Assembly: GCF_006345805.1 (NCBI RefSeq)
Contig: NC_043001.1
Location: 130,138,001 to 130,202,000 of the forward strand
From: Octopus sinensis
Taxonomy: Eukaryota
DNA length: 64,000 bases
Direction: 5' to 3'
Positions within the stretch are counted from its first letter, which is position 1; each line of letters starts with the position of its first letter. The notes under the pieces were generated by a model that saw nothing but the letters and a program-made list of their open reading frames with translations, did not search any database and was not told where the DNA came from. This document shows positions 27,818 through 42,050 of the stretch, in pieces. Position numbers and translations under genes: made by a program.

Positions 27818-28110
27818 GGTAAAGACCCCCTTTGGTCATGAATGACCACGGGATTTCACCTAAAAAGTTACCCTCCCAGATACAAGTCCAGGCAAGGTTG
27901 CTTAGAGAAGACCAGCTGTCACCCATGCATACCAGCCTCCATCCTTCACACCACTGATGTTATCTAAGAGAAAGGCAAATGCCAGTACAGCTGGAGCAAC
28001 ACAAAATAAAGTGTCTTGCTCAAGAACGCAACACGCAGCCCAGTTCAGGAATTGAACTCACTACCTCATGATTGTGAGCGCAACGCTCTAACCACTGAGC
28101 CATGCACCTA
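27818..28110 (-). mobile_element. tRNA-derived SINE family D
   Basis: Minus head aggtgcatggctcagtggttagagcgttgcg; body aaagttaccctcc...gaagaccagc. Second copy at about 39075-39411(-); heads at about 28690-28790 and 48705-48810. Confidence 0.8.
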
Positions 28111-28835
28111 AGCACTATCATTAGTACAGCCATAAACTCCACCATCACTAGCACCACCACTGCCACCACCACTACCTTGTTCATGCTCGCTGCTCCCCGC
28201 TGCTTCCACTGATTACACTACAACCTCTACTACACCAACAAATCAACCTTTACCTGGTTGCTGACCCTCTAAAAATAGGTACCAAATTCCTCTCTTAGAT
28301 CTGTCATGACTCCCCTAGGGCTCATAAGATCAGGGTTTAACCCTCTAGCCTTTAAGCTGGCCATATCTGGCCCAAATATTCTAATTATTTAATCTTCAAA
28401 CTAACCATAACTGGCCTCTTATACCTAACCTACAATGTCATTCTAAAAATAAACAATCACACCATTGAAATCTCATAGCTACAAGATTATGAATAATCAA
28501 TTTAAAACAATGTGACTAGAAAATATTACATTAGACAGAGTATTATAAATGCAAGAGGATTCAACTAGTTTCCTTTGTATATAAACTCCCCGCTGAACAG
28601 GGCACTAATCAGTCTTCTCAGTTCTAGCAAGAATTCTCAGGAATTGCTGAAACTCATTTTCAAGCTGAGAGGACAGGAGCAATGAGAATTGAAATATTTT
28701 GTTCAAGAACACAAGGCACTGTCCAGTCCGGGAATTGAAACCATGATCATAAGATTGCAAGTGCAATACCCTAACCACTAGACTATGTCCCTTCACTCTA
28801 CCTGTTTAAGAAAAAAAATCATAAATAAATAAAAT

Positions 28836-28985
28836 GGATGTGTGGTAGGAAACTTGCTTTCCAACCACATGGTTCCAGGTTCAGAACCCACTGCATAGCA
28901 CCTCGGGAAAGTGTTTTGTTATGTAGCCTCAGGCCAACTAAATTTTTGTGAGTAGATTTGGTGAATGGAAACTGAAAGAAGCCTG

Positions 28986-29031
<46 letters not shown>

Positions 29032-29250
29032 TGTGTGTGTATGTATTTATGTATGTGTGTCTGTTTGTCCACCATCTCACCACTGCTTGAAAACCGGTGT
29101 TGGTGTGTTTACATTCCTGTAACTTAGTGGTTTGGCAAAAGATACCGATAGAATAAGTACCAGGCTTAAAAAAATAATAAGTCCTGGGGTTGATTTGTTC
29201 AACTAAAAAGGTGGTACTCCAGCATGGTTGCAGTCACATGACCGAAACAT
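28836..29250 (+). mobile_element. SINE family A (diverged)
   Basis: Head, (TA)n centre and 3' half all recognisable. Confidence 0.85.
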
Positions 29251-30862
29251 GTAACGGAACACAATAAAGAGGGCAGCAGAACACATTGGCCAATATCATC
29301 TCTTATATAGTATAATTCTTTTCTACTCTAGGCACAAGGCTTGAAATTTTGAGGATGGGGGCCATTTGATCAGATCAACCCCAGTATGCAACTGGTACTT
29401 AATTTATCGATCCCTGAAAGGATGAAAGGCAAAGTCGACCTCGGCGAAATTTGAACTCAGAATGTAAAGACAGATGAAATACTGCTATGCATTTCGTCTG
29501 GTGTGCTGATATTTCTGCCAGCTCGCCGCCTTATTTCTTATATAGTAAAAGACCAAAGGGTTGTATTCTTTGATCTTCCATATTTTAGATTAAGGCTGAT
29601 CTGGGGCCAAAAAAAAAAAAGCAATGAGAGCCACACAACGTTTGCATCAACAACTCATCAAATTAGGATAGCAAATAGAAATAAGAAAAATAAAAGAAGT
29701 GATAGCAACAGTAACAACAACAACAACAACAATAATAATAACTCCTAGCTGGAACAGTGAAAAATTCACGGAAAACATAACAAATGTAAGCACTTGTAAA
29801 CAGTGAACTGGTGCCATGAGAAATGTTTGTATATTATGACCATCTGTCTTTACATTCTCAGTTCAAATCCTGCCAAGGTCGACTTTGCCTTTTGTCCTTT
29901 CGGGGTCGATAAATTGAGTACCAGTTGTATACTGGTATCAATCTAATCAACTGGCTGCCTCTCCACAAAAATTTCAGACCTAGAAAAGTATGTTGTGACA
30001 GTTACAGAATATAGAAAGTAATGCAACATCAATGGCTATATAATCCAACCAAAATATCTCAGTTACACGAACGTAAACAGAATTAATATTTAACCTTAAA
30101 ATACATTGTACATATTCAAAGAACTTCTAATGTACAAATTGAAATGCAAAAGAACAAAATAATAAATGGATTTATGAATGAAAGTTTGGTAATTGTGTTT
30201 ATTTCTACCATGCAACACATTATTGCAACCATGTTTTAACTAACCTAAACTATACACACACACAAATACATTCATATATATATATGTCTCAAGTTGTAGC
30301 TGAAATTCAAAGGGGCCAACCTTATCATATTCTGTGTGAGGCTGAATCTCCCTGAGAACTACATTAATGTTATGCATATCTATGGAGTACTCGGCCATTT
30401 GTGAGTTAATTTTATCCTCGTGTGGTAATGAAAAGTGAAACTGACATCCAATATTTGCTGTATCTATTCTTCCTTTGTGTCCCTCTTCTCTCCCGCTTTT
30501 GATTTAACAATGTGTATATGTATCTATGTATCTACTTCTCTTGCAATGTGATAAGCATTTAAAAACACAAAACGAACGCCATCACCACTCACTGTCTCTT
30601 TCAGTCTCTCTCTCTTTCTCTCACTTTTCTCTCTCTCTCACTCTCTTTCTTTCTCTCTCTCACTCTCTTTCTCTCTTACTTCCTCTCTGAAACATTTAAA
30701 AACACAAAAGGAATGCTGTCACTATTCACTGTCTCTTTAATTCTCCTTCTCTCTCACTCTTTTTTTCTCTCCAACTCTCTCTTTCTCTCTCACTCTCTCT
30801 CTCTCTCTCTTTTTTTACTTCCTCTCTGTCCTCCTCTCTCTCGCTGTGCCACTTCTTTGAAG

Positions 30863-30883
30863 TAAGTGTGACACACACATCAG
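30863..30883 (+). CDS. Candidate 21-nt symmetric micro-exon
   Basis: ~250-nt CT-rich tract, ctttgaag|TAAGTGTGACACACACATCAG|gtacgt; two frames are open (KCDTHI or SVTHTS). Confidence 0.3.
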
Positions 30884-31617
30884 GTACGTAGAAAAACAAA
30901 AAATTAGCGTATTAATATTATTGATAATACTAACTGTATCAACAAAAAGCAAACACAACTGCTACGAAAAACAAATATTTATAGCAACAACAACTACTAT
31001 TGCAATAACAACAACAACAACAACAACAAAAGGCATCAAGAACAATAAAATATACCAGAATCTGACTAAATGAATGCAGTGATGCTAATGACAGAAATGT
31101 GACAGAGTGGTTGTTCTTGGAAGATGGATTGGTGGATGAGGGGAAAGATTTCAAGACAGGAGACATGACAAGACAGATGGATTGATACACACATGCACGT
31201 TCACACACACACACACATACACATATCTACCTGCCTAAATACTTATGTGTGTCTGTGTTTGTGTGTTTGTGTGTGCGAGTGTGTGTGTGTGTGGTGTGTG
31301 TGTGCGTGTGTGTGTGTGTGTGTGTGTGGTGTGTCCATCTGTCTATTTTCCAATATATATTTTCTTATACATATGTACATCTGTGTAGCGATCTACCTAC
31401 CAATATACATACATACATACATACATACATACATACATACATACATACATACATACATACATACAAACATACATACATACATATATATATATATACATAT
31501 ATATATATATTTGTGTTTTCAGAGAGAGAGAGAACAAATTATATTATGACAAACTGGATGGATGTATGGATGCATGGATACATGGATACATGGTTAGATA
31601 AATAAATATAAGGCACA

Positions 31618-31678
<61 letters not shown>

Positions 31679-31689
31679 CCTTCCTTCTT

Positions 31690-32212
31690 GTGACACTTGT
31701 GAAGGCCTGTTGAGGCAAGTGAAAATCAAAACAAATCAAAATAGATGAACATCAATGGAATTTGTATCTTTGTGGTAACACAAGAAAACCATCCGAACGT
31801 GGCCGTAGCCAGTACCACATCGACTGGCCTCCGTGCTGTGGGCACGTAACAAGCACCATCCGATCGTGGCCGTTTGCCAGCCTCATCTGGCACCTGTGTC
31901 GGTGGCACATAAAAACACCATCCGAGCGTGGCCGTCTGCCAGCCTCGTCTGGCACCTGTGTCGGTGGCACATAAAAAACACCATCCGAGCGTGGCCGTTT
32001 GCCAGCCTCGTCTGGCACCTGTGTCGGTGGCACATAAAATCACCCACTACACTCTCGGAGTGGTTGGCGTTAGGAAGGGCATCCAGCTGTAGAAACACTG
32101 CCAGATCTGACTGGACTGGTGCAGCTTTCGGGCTCCCCAGACCCCAGTTGAACCGTCCAACCCATGCTAGCATGGAAAGCGGACGTTAAATGATGATGAT
32201 GATGATGATGAT
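31690..32212 (+). mobile_element. Young RTE 3'-UTR/3'-end copy with three ~60-bp tandem repeats and (GAT)n tail
   Basis: Units accatccgagcgtggccgtttgccagcctcgtctggcacctgtgtcggtggcacataaaa; about 5 differences over the terminal ~150 bp relative to 55790-56110. Confidence 0.9.
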
Positions 32213-32652
32213 GATATATATATATATATATGAATACATGAGTGCATGTATACAAAGATAGAGAACAAGATAGATTGAAAGAGGGTGAACAAACAGAATT
32301 ATGTATGTATGTATGTGCACGTGTACATGTGTATGTATATACAGAGAGAGAGAGAGACAGACAGAAAGAGAGACTATGCAAGATAGACAGAGACAGTGAC
32401 AAAGAGAAAAAGCAAACAAAGATGATGATGTGGGCAGGTGGTGGTAGGGGAAGATGAAGCAGTTGGCCTAAATGAGTCAGAGGGAAAGTTTAATAGTGAA
32501 ATTTTTAAAATAAATGTTGAAATGCTAATGAAATTGCAAAGTAGCTATGGATTGCAAAGCTGTCTGCAGTGCAGCAGAATAGCTTAAACCAGGGGACAAT
32601 GGCCGTTGTTGACACACCACATATATATATGTACACACACACACACACACAT

Positions 32653-32693
<41 letters not shown>

Positions 32694-33136
32694 TGCGTAA
32701 ATACATAGATACATATGCACATACACAGATATGTGAGCATGCATACATACATACATAATACATACATACATACATATGTATGTACAAATGAATGGATGGA
32801 TAGATGGATGGATGGATGGATGGATGGATCTTTACTAGAAATAGTCTCTAAGGCTAGCTGACTTTTACAAACAGTTAGACAAACAGACAGACAAAAATAA
32901 ATGAACAAAAGATTTAGTAAAATAAGTAAATAAATAAATAAAATGATGAAATAAATAATAAAATGAAATGAAATGAAATTGATGGAATAGATTAAATGTG
33001 TAAAAAAAGAAGAAAAGTGTGAGGTTTGGATCTCGAACTGTAAAGAACTAAAGTGGTAGAGAGAAAATGGATAGGGAAAAAGAGAGAGAGAGACAGACAG
33101 ACAGAGACAGAGACAGAGAGAGATGAACAGGAAGAG

Positions 33137-33168
<32 letters not shown>

Positions 33169-33377
33169 GCTTGGATTATTTTCAAAGAAGGGTAAAAAGA
33201 GTTCTATCAACAATGGTGATATGGTGAGTGAGAATATGAAAGAAAGAAAAACAAAAGAAGAGAGAGAGAGAGAGAGAGGGGGAGGGAGAGAGAGAGAGAG
33301 AAATCGACAGACAAAGAAGAAAAACGAGAATAAGAATTAACAGATAAGTAGATGTGCTATTGGAAGAAGAGAATTGG

Positions 33378-33413
<36 letters not shown>

Positions 33414-33524
33414 GACTTTCCCAACTTTTTCCAAATGTCCCGAAGAAGGAGTCATAACCCTGAAATATATATGTATATATATATAAACATACATGTATCT
33501 TTACTTACATATAATCTATATGTA

Positions 33525-33935
33525 AGGAGTAGGAGTGACTGTGTAGTAAGTAGCTTGCTTACGTACCACATGGTTCCGGGTTCAGTCCCACTGTGTGGCA
33601 CCTTGGGCAAGTGTCTTCTACTATAACCTCAGGCTGACCAAAGCCTTGTGAGTGGATTTGGAAACTGAAAGAAGTCCCTCGTATATATGTATATATGTGT
33701 GTATGTGTGTGTGTGTGTGTGCATGTGTATATGTTTGTGTGTCTGTGTTTGTTCCCCCAATATCACTTGACAACCGATGCTGGTGTGTTTACGTCCTGTA
33801 ACTTAGCAGTTTGGCAAAAGAGACCAATAAAATAAGTACTAGGCTTATAAAGAATAATTTCCTGGGTCGATTTGCTCATCTAAAGGCGGTGCTCCAGCAT
33901 GGCCACAGTCAGATGACTGAAACAAGTAAAAGAGT
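33525..33935 (+). mobile_element. SINE family A
   Basis: Full head-to-tail match. Confidence 0.9.
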
Positions 33936-33956
33936 ATACATATATGAATATATACA

Positions 33957-34000
<44 letters not shown>

Positions 34001-34235
34001 TCTATTTCTTTACTACCCACAAGGGGCTAAACACAGAGAGGACAAACAAGAATAGACAAACGGATTAAGTCGATTATATCGACCCCAGTACGTAACTGGT
34101 ACTTATTTAATCGACCCCGAAAGGATGAAAGGCAAAGTCGACCTCGGCAGAATTTGAACTCAGAACGTAGCAACAAACGAAACACCGCTAAGCATTTCGC
34201 CCGGCGTGCTAACGATTCTGCCAGCTCGCCGCCTT
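34001..34235 (-). mobile_element. SINE family B (full length)
   Basis: Near-identical to 13190-13425. Confidence 0.92.
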
Positions 34236-34332
34236 ATATATATATCATCATCATCATCATCATCATCGTTTAACGTTCTCTTTCCGTGCTAGCATGGGTT
34301 GGACGGTTATATATATATATACATATATATAT

Positions 34333-34379
<47 letters not shown>

Positions 34380-34669
34380 TAGTTAGTTGCTGTATGGTTA
34401 AGTAATTCATCTCCAAATCCTGTTGTACTGAGTTCATTTTCATTGTACATCGACTTCAGCAAGTCTCTCCTATTATTGCCTTTGGCCTGCTAAAACCATC
34501 CATATAAGTAGATGTAGTAGGCAGAAATTTAGATTAAAAAGCTCGTCAAATCTCTGTGTGTGTGTGTAATGAGTTTCGTCTGATGCATGTAATTGGTGAA
34601 AGATTATTGAAATCTGTATAAGGAAATATTTAAAATACCAGTAACTTGTTTTCTGTAATCATTTCAACT

Positions 34670-36310
34670 CTTGACTAGATGAGATGCAGTTCAGTTTTTT
34701 GCCAAGGAAGAATGCCACTGATGCTCTCTTTCTTCCATGACAAGTGCAAGATAAGTGTCTATTTAAAAGTAAGCCACTGTACTTGGCATTCACTGATTGA
34801 CCTACAGAAAACCTGGTGGCTCTGGTGAAGCTTGGGTAAGATAATGGCTTGTAAGAACCAGAAAGGCAACGCACAGAGGTGCTGGTATTAAAGTGAGAGA
34901 TAGCAATGAGTACAGCAATGAATTTAGAGTACAAGGAGTCAACCAGGTCTCATTCCTTATTCATAGTCCTCCAGGCCATATCAGAGAAGTTAAAATCAGT
35001 TGTCATTGGGAACTATTGTATCCTGATAACTTTGTTCTTACTATGGAACTGTAGTAAAGCTAGAAAAGAAATTCTCGGTGTGGAGGCAAAACCTGAAATG
35101 AAAAAGCTTTAAAATTAATTTAGCAAAAACCAAAAGTCCTTGGAAATAAGAAAACAGACAGAATTTTACTACATTCATACATGGGAAAGGTGTTGGTAGA
35201 AATCCTACTTGGTGTACCTAGCTCAAGCTATGGACACACACAAGCAGTGCAGTGGAATCAAAGAAAGGTTAAAGAAGAAAGTAAACTTCTATTGTATAGT
35301 GAAACTGTATACCCCTCCTGGTAAAAATGTGATAGTAGCCAACCATTATAAATAGACCAGTAGCTGGTCCAGGGAAGAGGTCAAGAAGGTCAGAAGGTTG
35401 AGAGTTCATGAAGACGGTGTTGATAGTCATGTCTGTGCTGATATAGTAATTATACTGTGATACTGAGTTGCCGTTACATCGATCCTCTCTTTTGAGGATA
35501 ATAACACTGTACAACTGGGGGTGGGTGGTGTACAGTGCCAGATAGAACCATTCTATTGACGGTTTCAGAATATAACAATATCAGTCTGAGCATTAACCAT
35601 TGTCTAAAGATATACAACAGTGGCAAAAAACTGCTTTACAGCTACTTCGTATGTGGCAGATGTGCCAAAGGCATAAACATTAAGTACCCATGGAAAAGAG
35701 ACTCTCTCAAATGCCCAGGAAATTTCCTACTGGTAGAAGATATTTTGTTACCTAGGTGACCTAATTAACCAATGGAAAAGGAGGTTCTGAAAGTATAGTT
35801 GCTAGAGTAAGATTGGAAGGTAAAATTTTCAATGAGTTATAATCTCTGTCCTTCAAAAACTGTCTTTCTTTCAAAGTGTAAGGCAGATTGTACACTGCAT
35901 GTATATGAACATCAATTAATCATTGGGGTCGATTTAAATTGACTCTCCCCTTCCCCTGGTCCCTGTGTCTGGGAATAAAATAAAGTAAAATAGCATAAAA
36001 TAAAGTATTTATGTCATCACATTTAAGAATTGGTCCAGTGCTTGATATTGTTTGTACCTCTACTAAAGGGAAGAAGTCTAATATTCTTTTTATGCAGAAA
36101 AGTAGGTTCATATGAGTGTTCTGAGGGTGAGAGGTGAATTAAATAGTGTGAGACATATATGTGACATTTTAGGGGTCAACTGTGAAAATGATATTGAGTG
36201 AATTGCTTGTCCTATTTCTGTGTATTTTGGCCTCTCCTATGTCCAAATGACATCATAACATGATCGGAGAGGATTGGTGCAGTAGTCTGGTCATGTGACA
36301 ATTGAGTAAA
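34670..36310 (+). mobile_element. Decayed RTE-clade LINE ORF2 (RT domain to C-terminus), interrupted by insertions
   Basis: Fragments LDEMQFSFLPRKNATDALFL..QVQDKCLFKSKPLYLAFTD; NEYSNEFRVQ; WELLYPD; FVCGRCAK; YLGDLI; SFKV*GRLYTAC; these follow RTE RT motifs (EMQFGF.PG.GTTDAIF...WELLYADD...YLGD...KGRLYDAC). Confidence 0.85.
35293..35640. other. Unclassified ~350-bp insertion in the RTE remnant (possible solo LTR)
   Basis: Splits the RTE VNF|VCGRC region; ends TGTA...TACA, contains TATAAATA at about 35346 and two small hairpins. The target duplication is ambiguous (ACTTC on both sides). Confidence 0.35.
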
Positions 36311-36904
36311 TAAGCATTGTTCAGAGCCAAAATTTTATTAAAAAATTATTAGTATTATATCTCCATGTATGATTGTGTATATGAATGTGTGTGGATGTGT
36401 ATGCATATATGAATATTGAGCAGTAACTGTAAAAACCACACACGCTCACACATATATATATTTATATGCACACACATACATGTACCTATACATACACATC
36501 TACACACATATATATGCATAAAAATATACCACCATCATCGTACATCTGCTTTCCATAGAGAATTGCATGATTAACATATCCACATTCACAATGTTATTAA
36601 GAATGGCTATGTACATCATCATTTTTACACTTACAATTTTATGTGCACATAATTTATGATTGATTTGTATGCCTCACTAAAACATTTGTTTGCTGAATTC
36701 TATAAACAACAACCACCATTATTGTTTAGTTACATTGATCCAGGTTTAGCTTTCACTGAAGAGATACAACCTGGTTAAAACACTGGTGTCTCAAAGTTCA
36801 TATAAGTCAAAGAATTGAATATGTTGTCAGCATATATTGTTTGAAAGAAGGTGTTCTTCAAAGGTAAAAGCGGTTAACATATTTACATTTAAATTTGCCA
36901 GAGC

Positions 36905-37430
36905 ATCATCATCATCATCATCATCGTTTAGCGTCCGTTTTCCATGCTAGCATGGGTAGGACGGTTCTACTGGGGTCTGTGAAGCCAGAAGGCTTCATCA
37001 GGCCCAGTCAAATCTGGCAGTGTTTCTACGGCTGGATGCCCTTCCTAACGCCAACCACTCCGTGAGTGTAGTGGGTGCTTTTTACGTGCCAAGAACACAA
37101 TATGTGACACATTACTGCGCTTGAGAAGACCTGCCCACCACAACTGAATTGAGATCATAAAGCTAAAGGGCTACATAAAAAGCACTGGTGTAGGTTCTGG
37201 GGCCACGTAAAAAGCAGTAGTGCTCATGCCACTTAAAAAGCACTGGAGATAGTGCCACGTAAAAATTACCCTGTACATATAGTGGAGTGGTTGGCATTAG
37301 GAAGGGCATCCAGCCATAGAAACAAAAGCAAAGCAGACTATGAAACTTGGTGCACCCGCTGGACTTGCCAGCTCCTGTCATGCTGTCCAACCCATGCCAG
37401 TATGGAAAACAGATTTTAAATGATGATAAT
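36905..37430. mobile_element. Two RTE 3' ends in inverted orientation (36905-37090 -, 37150-37430 +)
   Basis: (cat)n cgtttagcgtccg... on one side and ...ccatgccagtatggaaaacagattttaaa(tga)n on the other. Confidence 0.8.
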
Positions 37431-37544
37431 GATGATGATGGTGGTGATGGTGGCGGTGGCGGCGGCAGCAGTGATGGTGGTGGTAGTGGTGATGATGATG
37501 ATGATGACTATTATTATTATTTTATTATTATTATATTATTATTA

Positions 37545-37575
<31 letters not shown>

Positions 37576-37848
37576 TATTATCATTATTATTATTATTATT
37601 TTATTATTATCATTATTATTATTATTATTATTATTATTTTATTATTATTATTTTATTATTATTATTATTATATTATTTTTTGTTATTATTATTATATTAT
37701 TATTATTATTTTATTATTATTTATTATTATTATTTTTTATTATTATTATTATTATTATATTATTATTTTATTATTATTATATTATTATTATATTATTATT
37801 ATTTTTGTTATTATTATTATTATTATTTTATTATTATTATTATTATTA

Positions 37849-37882
<34 letters not shown>

Positions 37883-37922
37883 TTTGTTATTATTATTATT
37901 ATATTATTTATTATTATTATTC
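37430..37922. repeat. (GAT/GGT)n grading into ~420 bp of (ATT)n
   Basis: Direct inspection; begins at an RTE tail. Confidence 0.95.
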
Positions 37923-38127
37923 ACACACAGCCATTTCTGAAATAAATATCAGATCATCTTTGAATGTTATCTCTGATAGACCAGCATCATATCTCGATGA
38001 AGGTTTACGTCTCACCTACCTTCAACCTAGAGTTAAAATTAATCTCTTATCCACTTATCACCATAAAACTGGATTTAAATGTCAGTATTTTAAAAATCCC
38101 AATCTATTTAAGTATTTAGGAGACATA

Positions 38128-38537
38128 AGCACAGGAGTGGCTGTGTGGTAAGTAGCTTGCTAACCAACCACATGGTTCCGGGTTCAGTCCCACTGCGTGG
38201 CATCTTGGGCAAGTGTCTTCTGCTATAGCCCCGGGCCGACCAATGCCTTGTGAGAGGATTTGGTAGACGGAAACTGAAAGAAGCCTGTCGTATATATGTA
38301 TATATATATATATGTGTGTGTGTGTGTTTGTGTGTCTGTGTTTGTCCCCCTAGCATTGCTTGACAGCCGATGCTGGTGTTTTTACGTTCCCGTTACTTAG
38401 CGGTTCGGCAAAAGAGACCGATAGAATAAGTACTGGGCTTACAAAAGAATAAGTCCCGGGGTCGATTTGCTCGACTAAAGGTGGTGCTCCAGCATGGCCG
38501 CAGTCAAATGACTGAAACAAGTAAAAGAGTAAAAGAG
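38128..38537 (+). mobile_element. SINE family A (full length, young)
   Basis: Few differences from the 3284 and 16861 copies. Confidence 0.93.
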
Positions 38538-40353
38538 ATATATATTTTTAAAATGACTTACTCTCTCAGATTTTGTTTGGTTATTCATTTATTAGTTTCA
38601 GTAATTTGAGTACGGTCAAGCTGGAGCACTGCTTTCAAATGGTTTCTCACTTTTCTTTTATATTTGAGCATACCAACCACTTCTCTGCAGAACTCATTTC
38701 CTTTTGATATTTACTTTATCGATTCTCATTTGTTGATTGCTAAGTTATATTCTTCACATAAAAGGGCCACTACTAGACACACTAGTTTAGATCAGTGAAT
38801 AATAAGCACAGATACATACATACACGCATACAAACATACATATACATGTCCATACATGTGTATGTATGTGTGCATGTTTGTAACTGTGTGTACATGTATG
38901 ATGGGATTCTGCACAGTTTCCTGTTGCCAAATTTCTCTCACAAGGCATTGGTCAATCTGAATCTCCCATATAAGATGTTTATCCAACATACTGCATAGCA
39001 GGGTCAAAACCAGAAACATCTGGCTGTGAAATGAACTTCTAAATTACATAAATAAACCTATGTTTTGTTAATCTCTGAGACCCCCTCCTCAGTCATGAAT
39101 GACCATAGGATTGCACCTAGAAAGTTACCCTCCCAGGCACAAGTCTGGGCAAGGTTGTTTATGGAAGACCAGCAGTCGCCCATGCATACCGGCCTCCTCT
39201 CTCCACATTACCAGTGTTATCCAAGGGAAAGGCAAAGGGGCCAATACAGCTTGGCACCTGTGACGTCGCAACTAATTTCTACAGCTGAGTGAACTGGAGC
39301 AATGTGAAATAAAGTGTCTTGCTCAAGAACACAATATGCAGCCCGGTACGTGATTCGAGCTCCCAACCTCATGATCGTAAGCTCGACACCCTAACCACTG
39401 AGCCATGCGCTTTAATGTTTTGTTAATATATATATATACACATACATTTATGTGTGTGTGTGTGTGTGTCTGTGTACACATACACACACACACACATGCA
39501 CATACATACATACATACGTACATATATATATTCTTTTACTTGTTTCAATCATCAGACTGCAGCCATGCTGGGATGTTGCCTTGCAGAAATTTAGTCAAAT
39601 GGACTAATGCCAGTACTTATTTTTTTTTAGCCTGATACTTATTTTATTGATCCCTTTTGCTAAACTGCTGAATTATGAGTCTGTAAGGCTATCATCACTA
39701 GTTGTCAAAGAGTGGTGTGGGACAAACAGAGACACAAAAATGCACACACACACAGAGACACATGATAGGCTTCTTAGAGTTCTGTCCACCAAACCCAATC
39801 ACAAGGCTTTTGTTGCTCTGAAGCTGTAGTAGAAGACGTTTACCCTAGGTGCCATGCAGTAGGAATGAACCTGGAAATATGAGGTTATATATATCAAATG
39901 AAAAAAGGAATTAAGGTTCCTTTATAAGCTCTCCTTGAAGAAAAATAAGCCAGATTAACGAAATTGGTCTGAGATAGATGTAGAAATCCAGGTCATATGT
40001 AATTCAATACACCTTCACCTGTTTGTTGTTTGTTCCTTCTCGAGCCATGCCTGGCTCATTAGGGCCAGTTTCCTGGTTTCCTTGGCGTATAGGTTCCCCA
40101 CCTGGATAGGATGCCAGTCCATTGCAGGTGAGCTGCAAGATGCAGGAGGAAAGAGTTAGAGAAAGCAGAAGTTCGTCATTACCTTCTGCTGGATCCGTGT
40201 GGAGCTTAGGTGTTTCGCTCATAGACACACACATCGCCCGGTCTGAGATTTGAACCCGTGATTCCTCAACCGCGAGTCTGCTGCTCTAACCACAAGGCCA
40301 TGTGCCTCCAGTACACCCTCACCTGACCAATTTGTAAATCAGAAGTTCAGTCA

Positions 40354-41100
40354 CCAATTAAAATTGGCATGTTATTACAGAGTATAATAGAAAAGGCGCA
40401 AAAGTAATGAAAATTTATACATTTTATTTTAGCTAGCTTACACACGTTTCTAATAAGTTAGGAAAAATCATAATTTGCTAGTATAATAATCACATTTATG
40501 GTTTAGCTGTGAAGAAGATAAATGGAGTAAGTCTGTTCTCTATTTCATTTGATTGATTGATTATAGGATTGATTAATATATGTGTGACTACTGTATGAGG
40601 AAATTATGAATCTGCTATCTTATCAGAGACATGTGTACTTGTCCTTTTGTATATATTCATACATACATACATACATACAAACACACATGTACATATTGAC
40701 ATGTTTTACTAATGTCTCTTTAGTTTCTATACATCACTTTATTTGCATGTTTTCCATCATTATCTTCATCACCATCCTCATCATCATTACCACTACTACC
40801 AATACTACTACTACTACCACCGTCATTTTTCATCGTTATTATTATTATCATCATTATTGTTATTTTTTGCTAATTATTATTTTATTTTAGGATAGGGAGT
40901 GTCTTATTTTTTTTTATTTTTATTTTTTTTTATTATTTCATTTATTCGTTTACTGTCATTTGTCGAGTGAAATAAAATGTGCTGTTTGAACATAATATGT
41001 CTACTGAAATTTAGCCATTTTCATTGCTAGAAAGGAAAAAAAAGGAAAATAATAAAATAAAAAAATATATTAAAAAATGCAGCATAATATGAGTACTAAT

Positions 41101-41152
<52 letters not shown>

Positions 41153-41192
41153 TAATAATAATAATAATAATATAATAATAATGATAATAATG

Positions 41193-41244
<52 letters not shown>

Positions 41245-41945
41245 TTTTGTTTATGGAAAAAAAATTTTAGTAAACTGATAAAACAATGAAAATAGATATT
41301 GATAATTTTTTAAAATATATTTATGTTTTATTTTTTTTGTGCTTTTGAGAATGAGTAGAATTATAAAAAAAAAAAAGAATGGAAAAAAATTAAATTATTA
41401 GCAAACAGAAAAATCAAAATACAATTTAAAAATACTGAAAGTATTTTGTTTGGACAATGTTTTATACTAAAACATTGTCTGATTGCTTTTAATAAGTTTA
41501 GAATGCTGGGGTCTTTTTTTTTTTCATTTTTGAATAATTTAATTTTTGTAAACGTACATGTATGTAAATATGTGTGCATTTATATGTGTGTGTTTGTAGG
41601 TATGTCATGTTTGTTTATTTTTACTTTTTTTTATGGTTAATTATTGTTATCATTTATTTTCATATTTTTGCTTTGGTTTATCTTAATATTCCTAGAGGGT
41701 GTGGGTGGGGGTCTTAAATTCAAAAATGGGAGTTTTACACAGAGAACTTGGTATGGCACGATTAATTGATTTGTACAGGTCTTTTTCTCTCCCCCTCTCT
41801 CTCCCTCTAACCATGTTCTCTCATCCTGTCTCCTATTTCAGTATTCTCTCTCTCTCTCATTCCTTCTTTAATCCTCTTTGTTTTCTCTCTCTTTCTTTCT
41901 CTCTCTCTCTCTCTCTCTCTCTTCCTCTTTATATACATATATATA

Positions 41946-42000
<55 letters not shown>

Positions 42001-42017
42001 TATAGATAGATAGATAA

Positions 42018-42050
<33 letters not shown>

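Noticed and set aside
31853-32040. Regular ~60-bp repeats resembling a CRISPR array
   Set aside because: The whole unit repeats with no unique spacers, it lies inside an RTE 3' UTR, and the context is eukaryotic with no cas genes.
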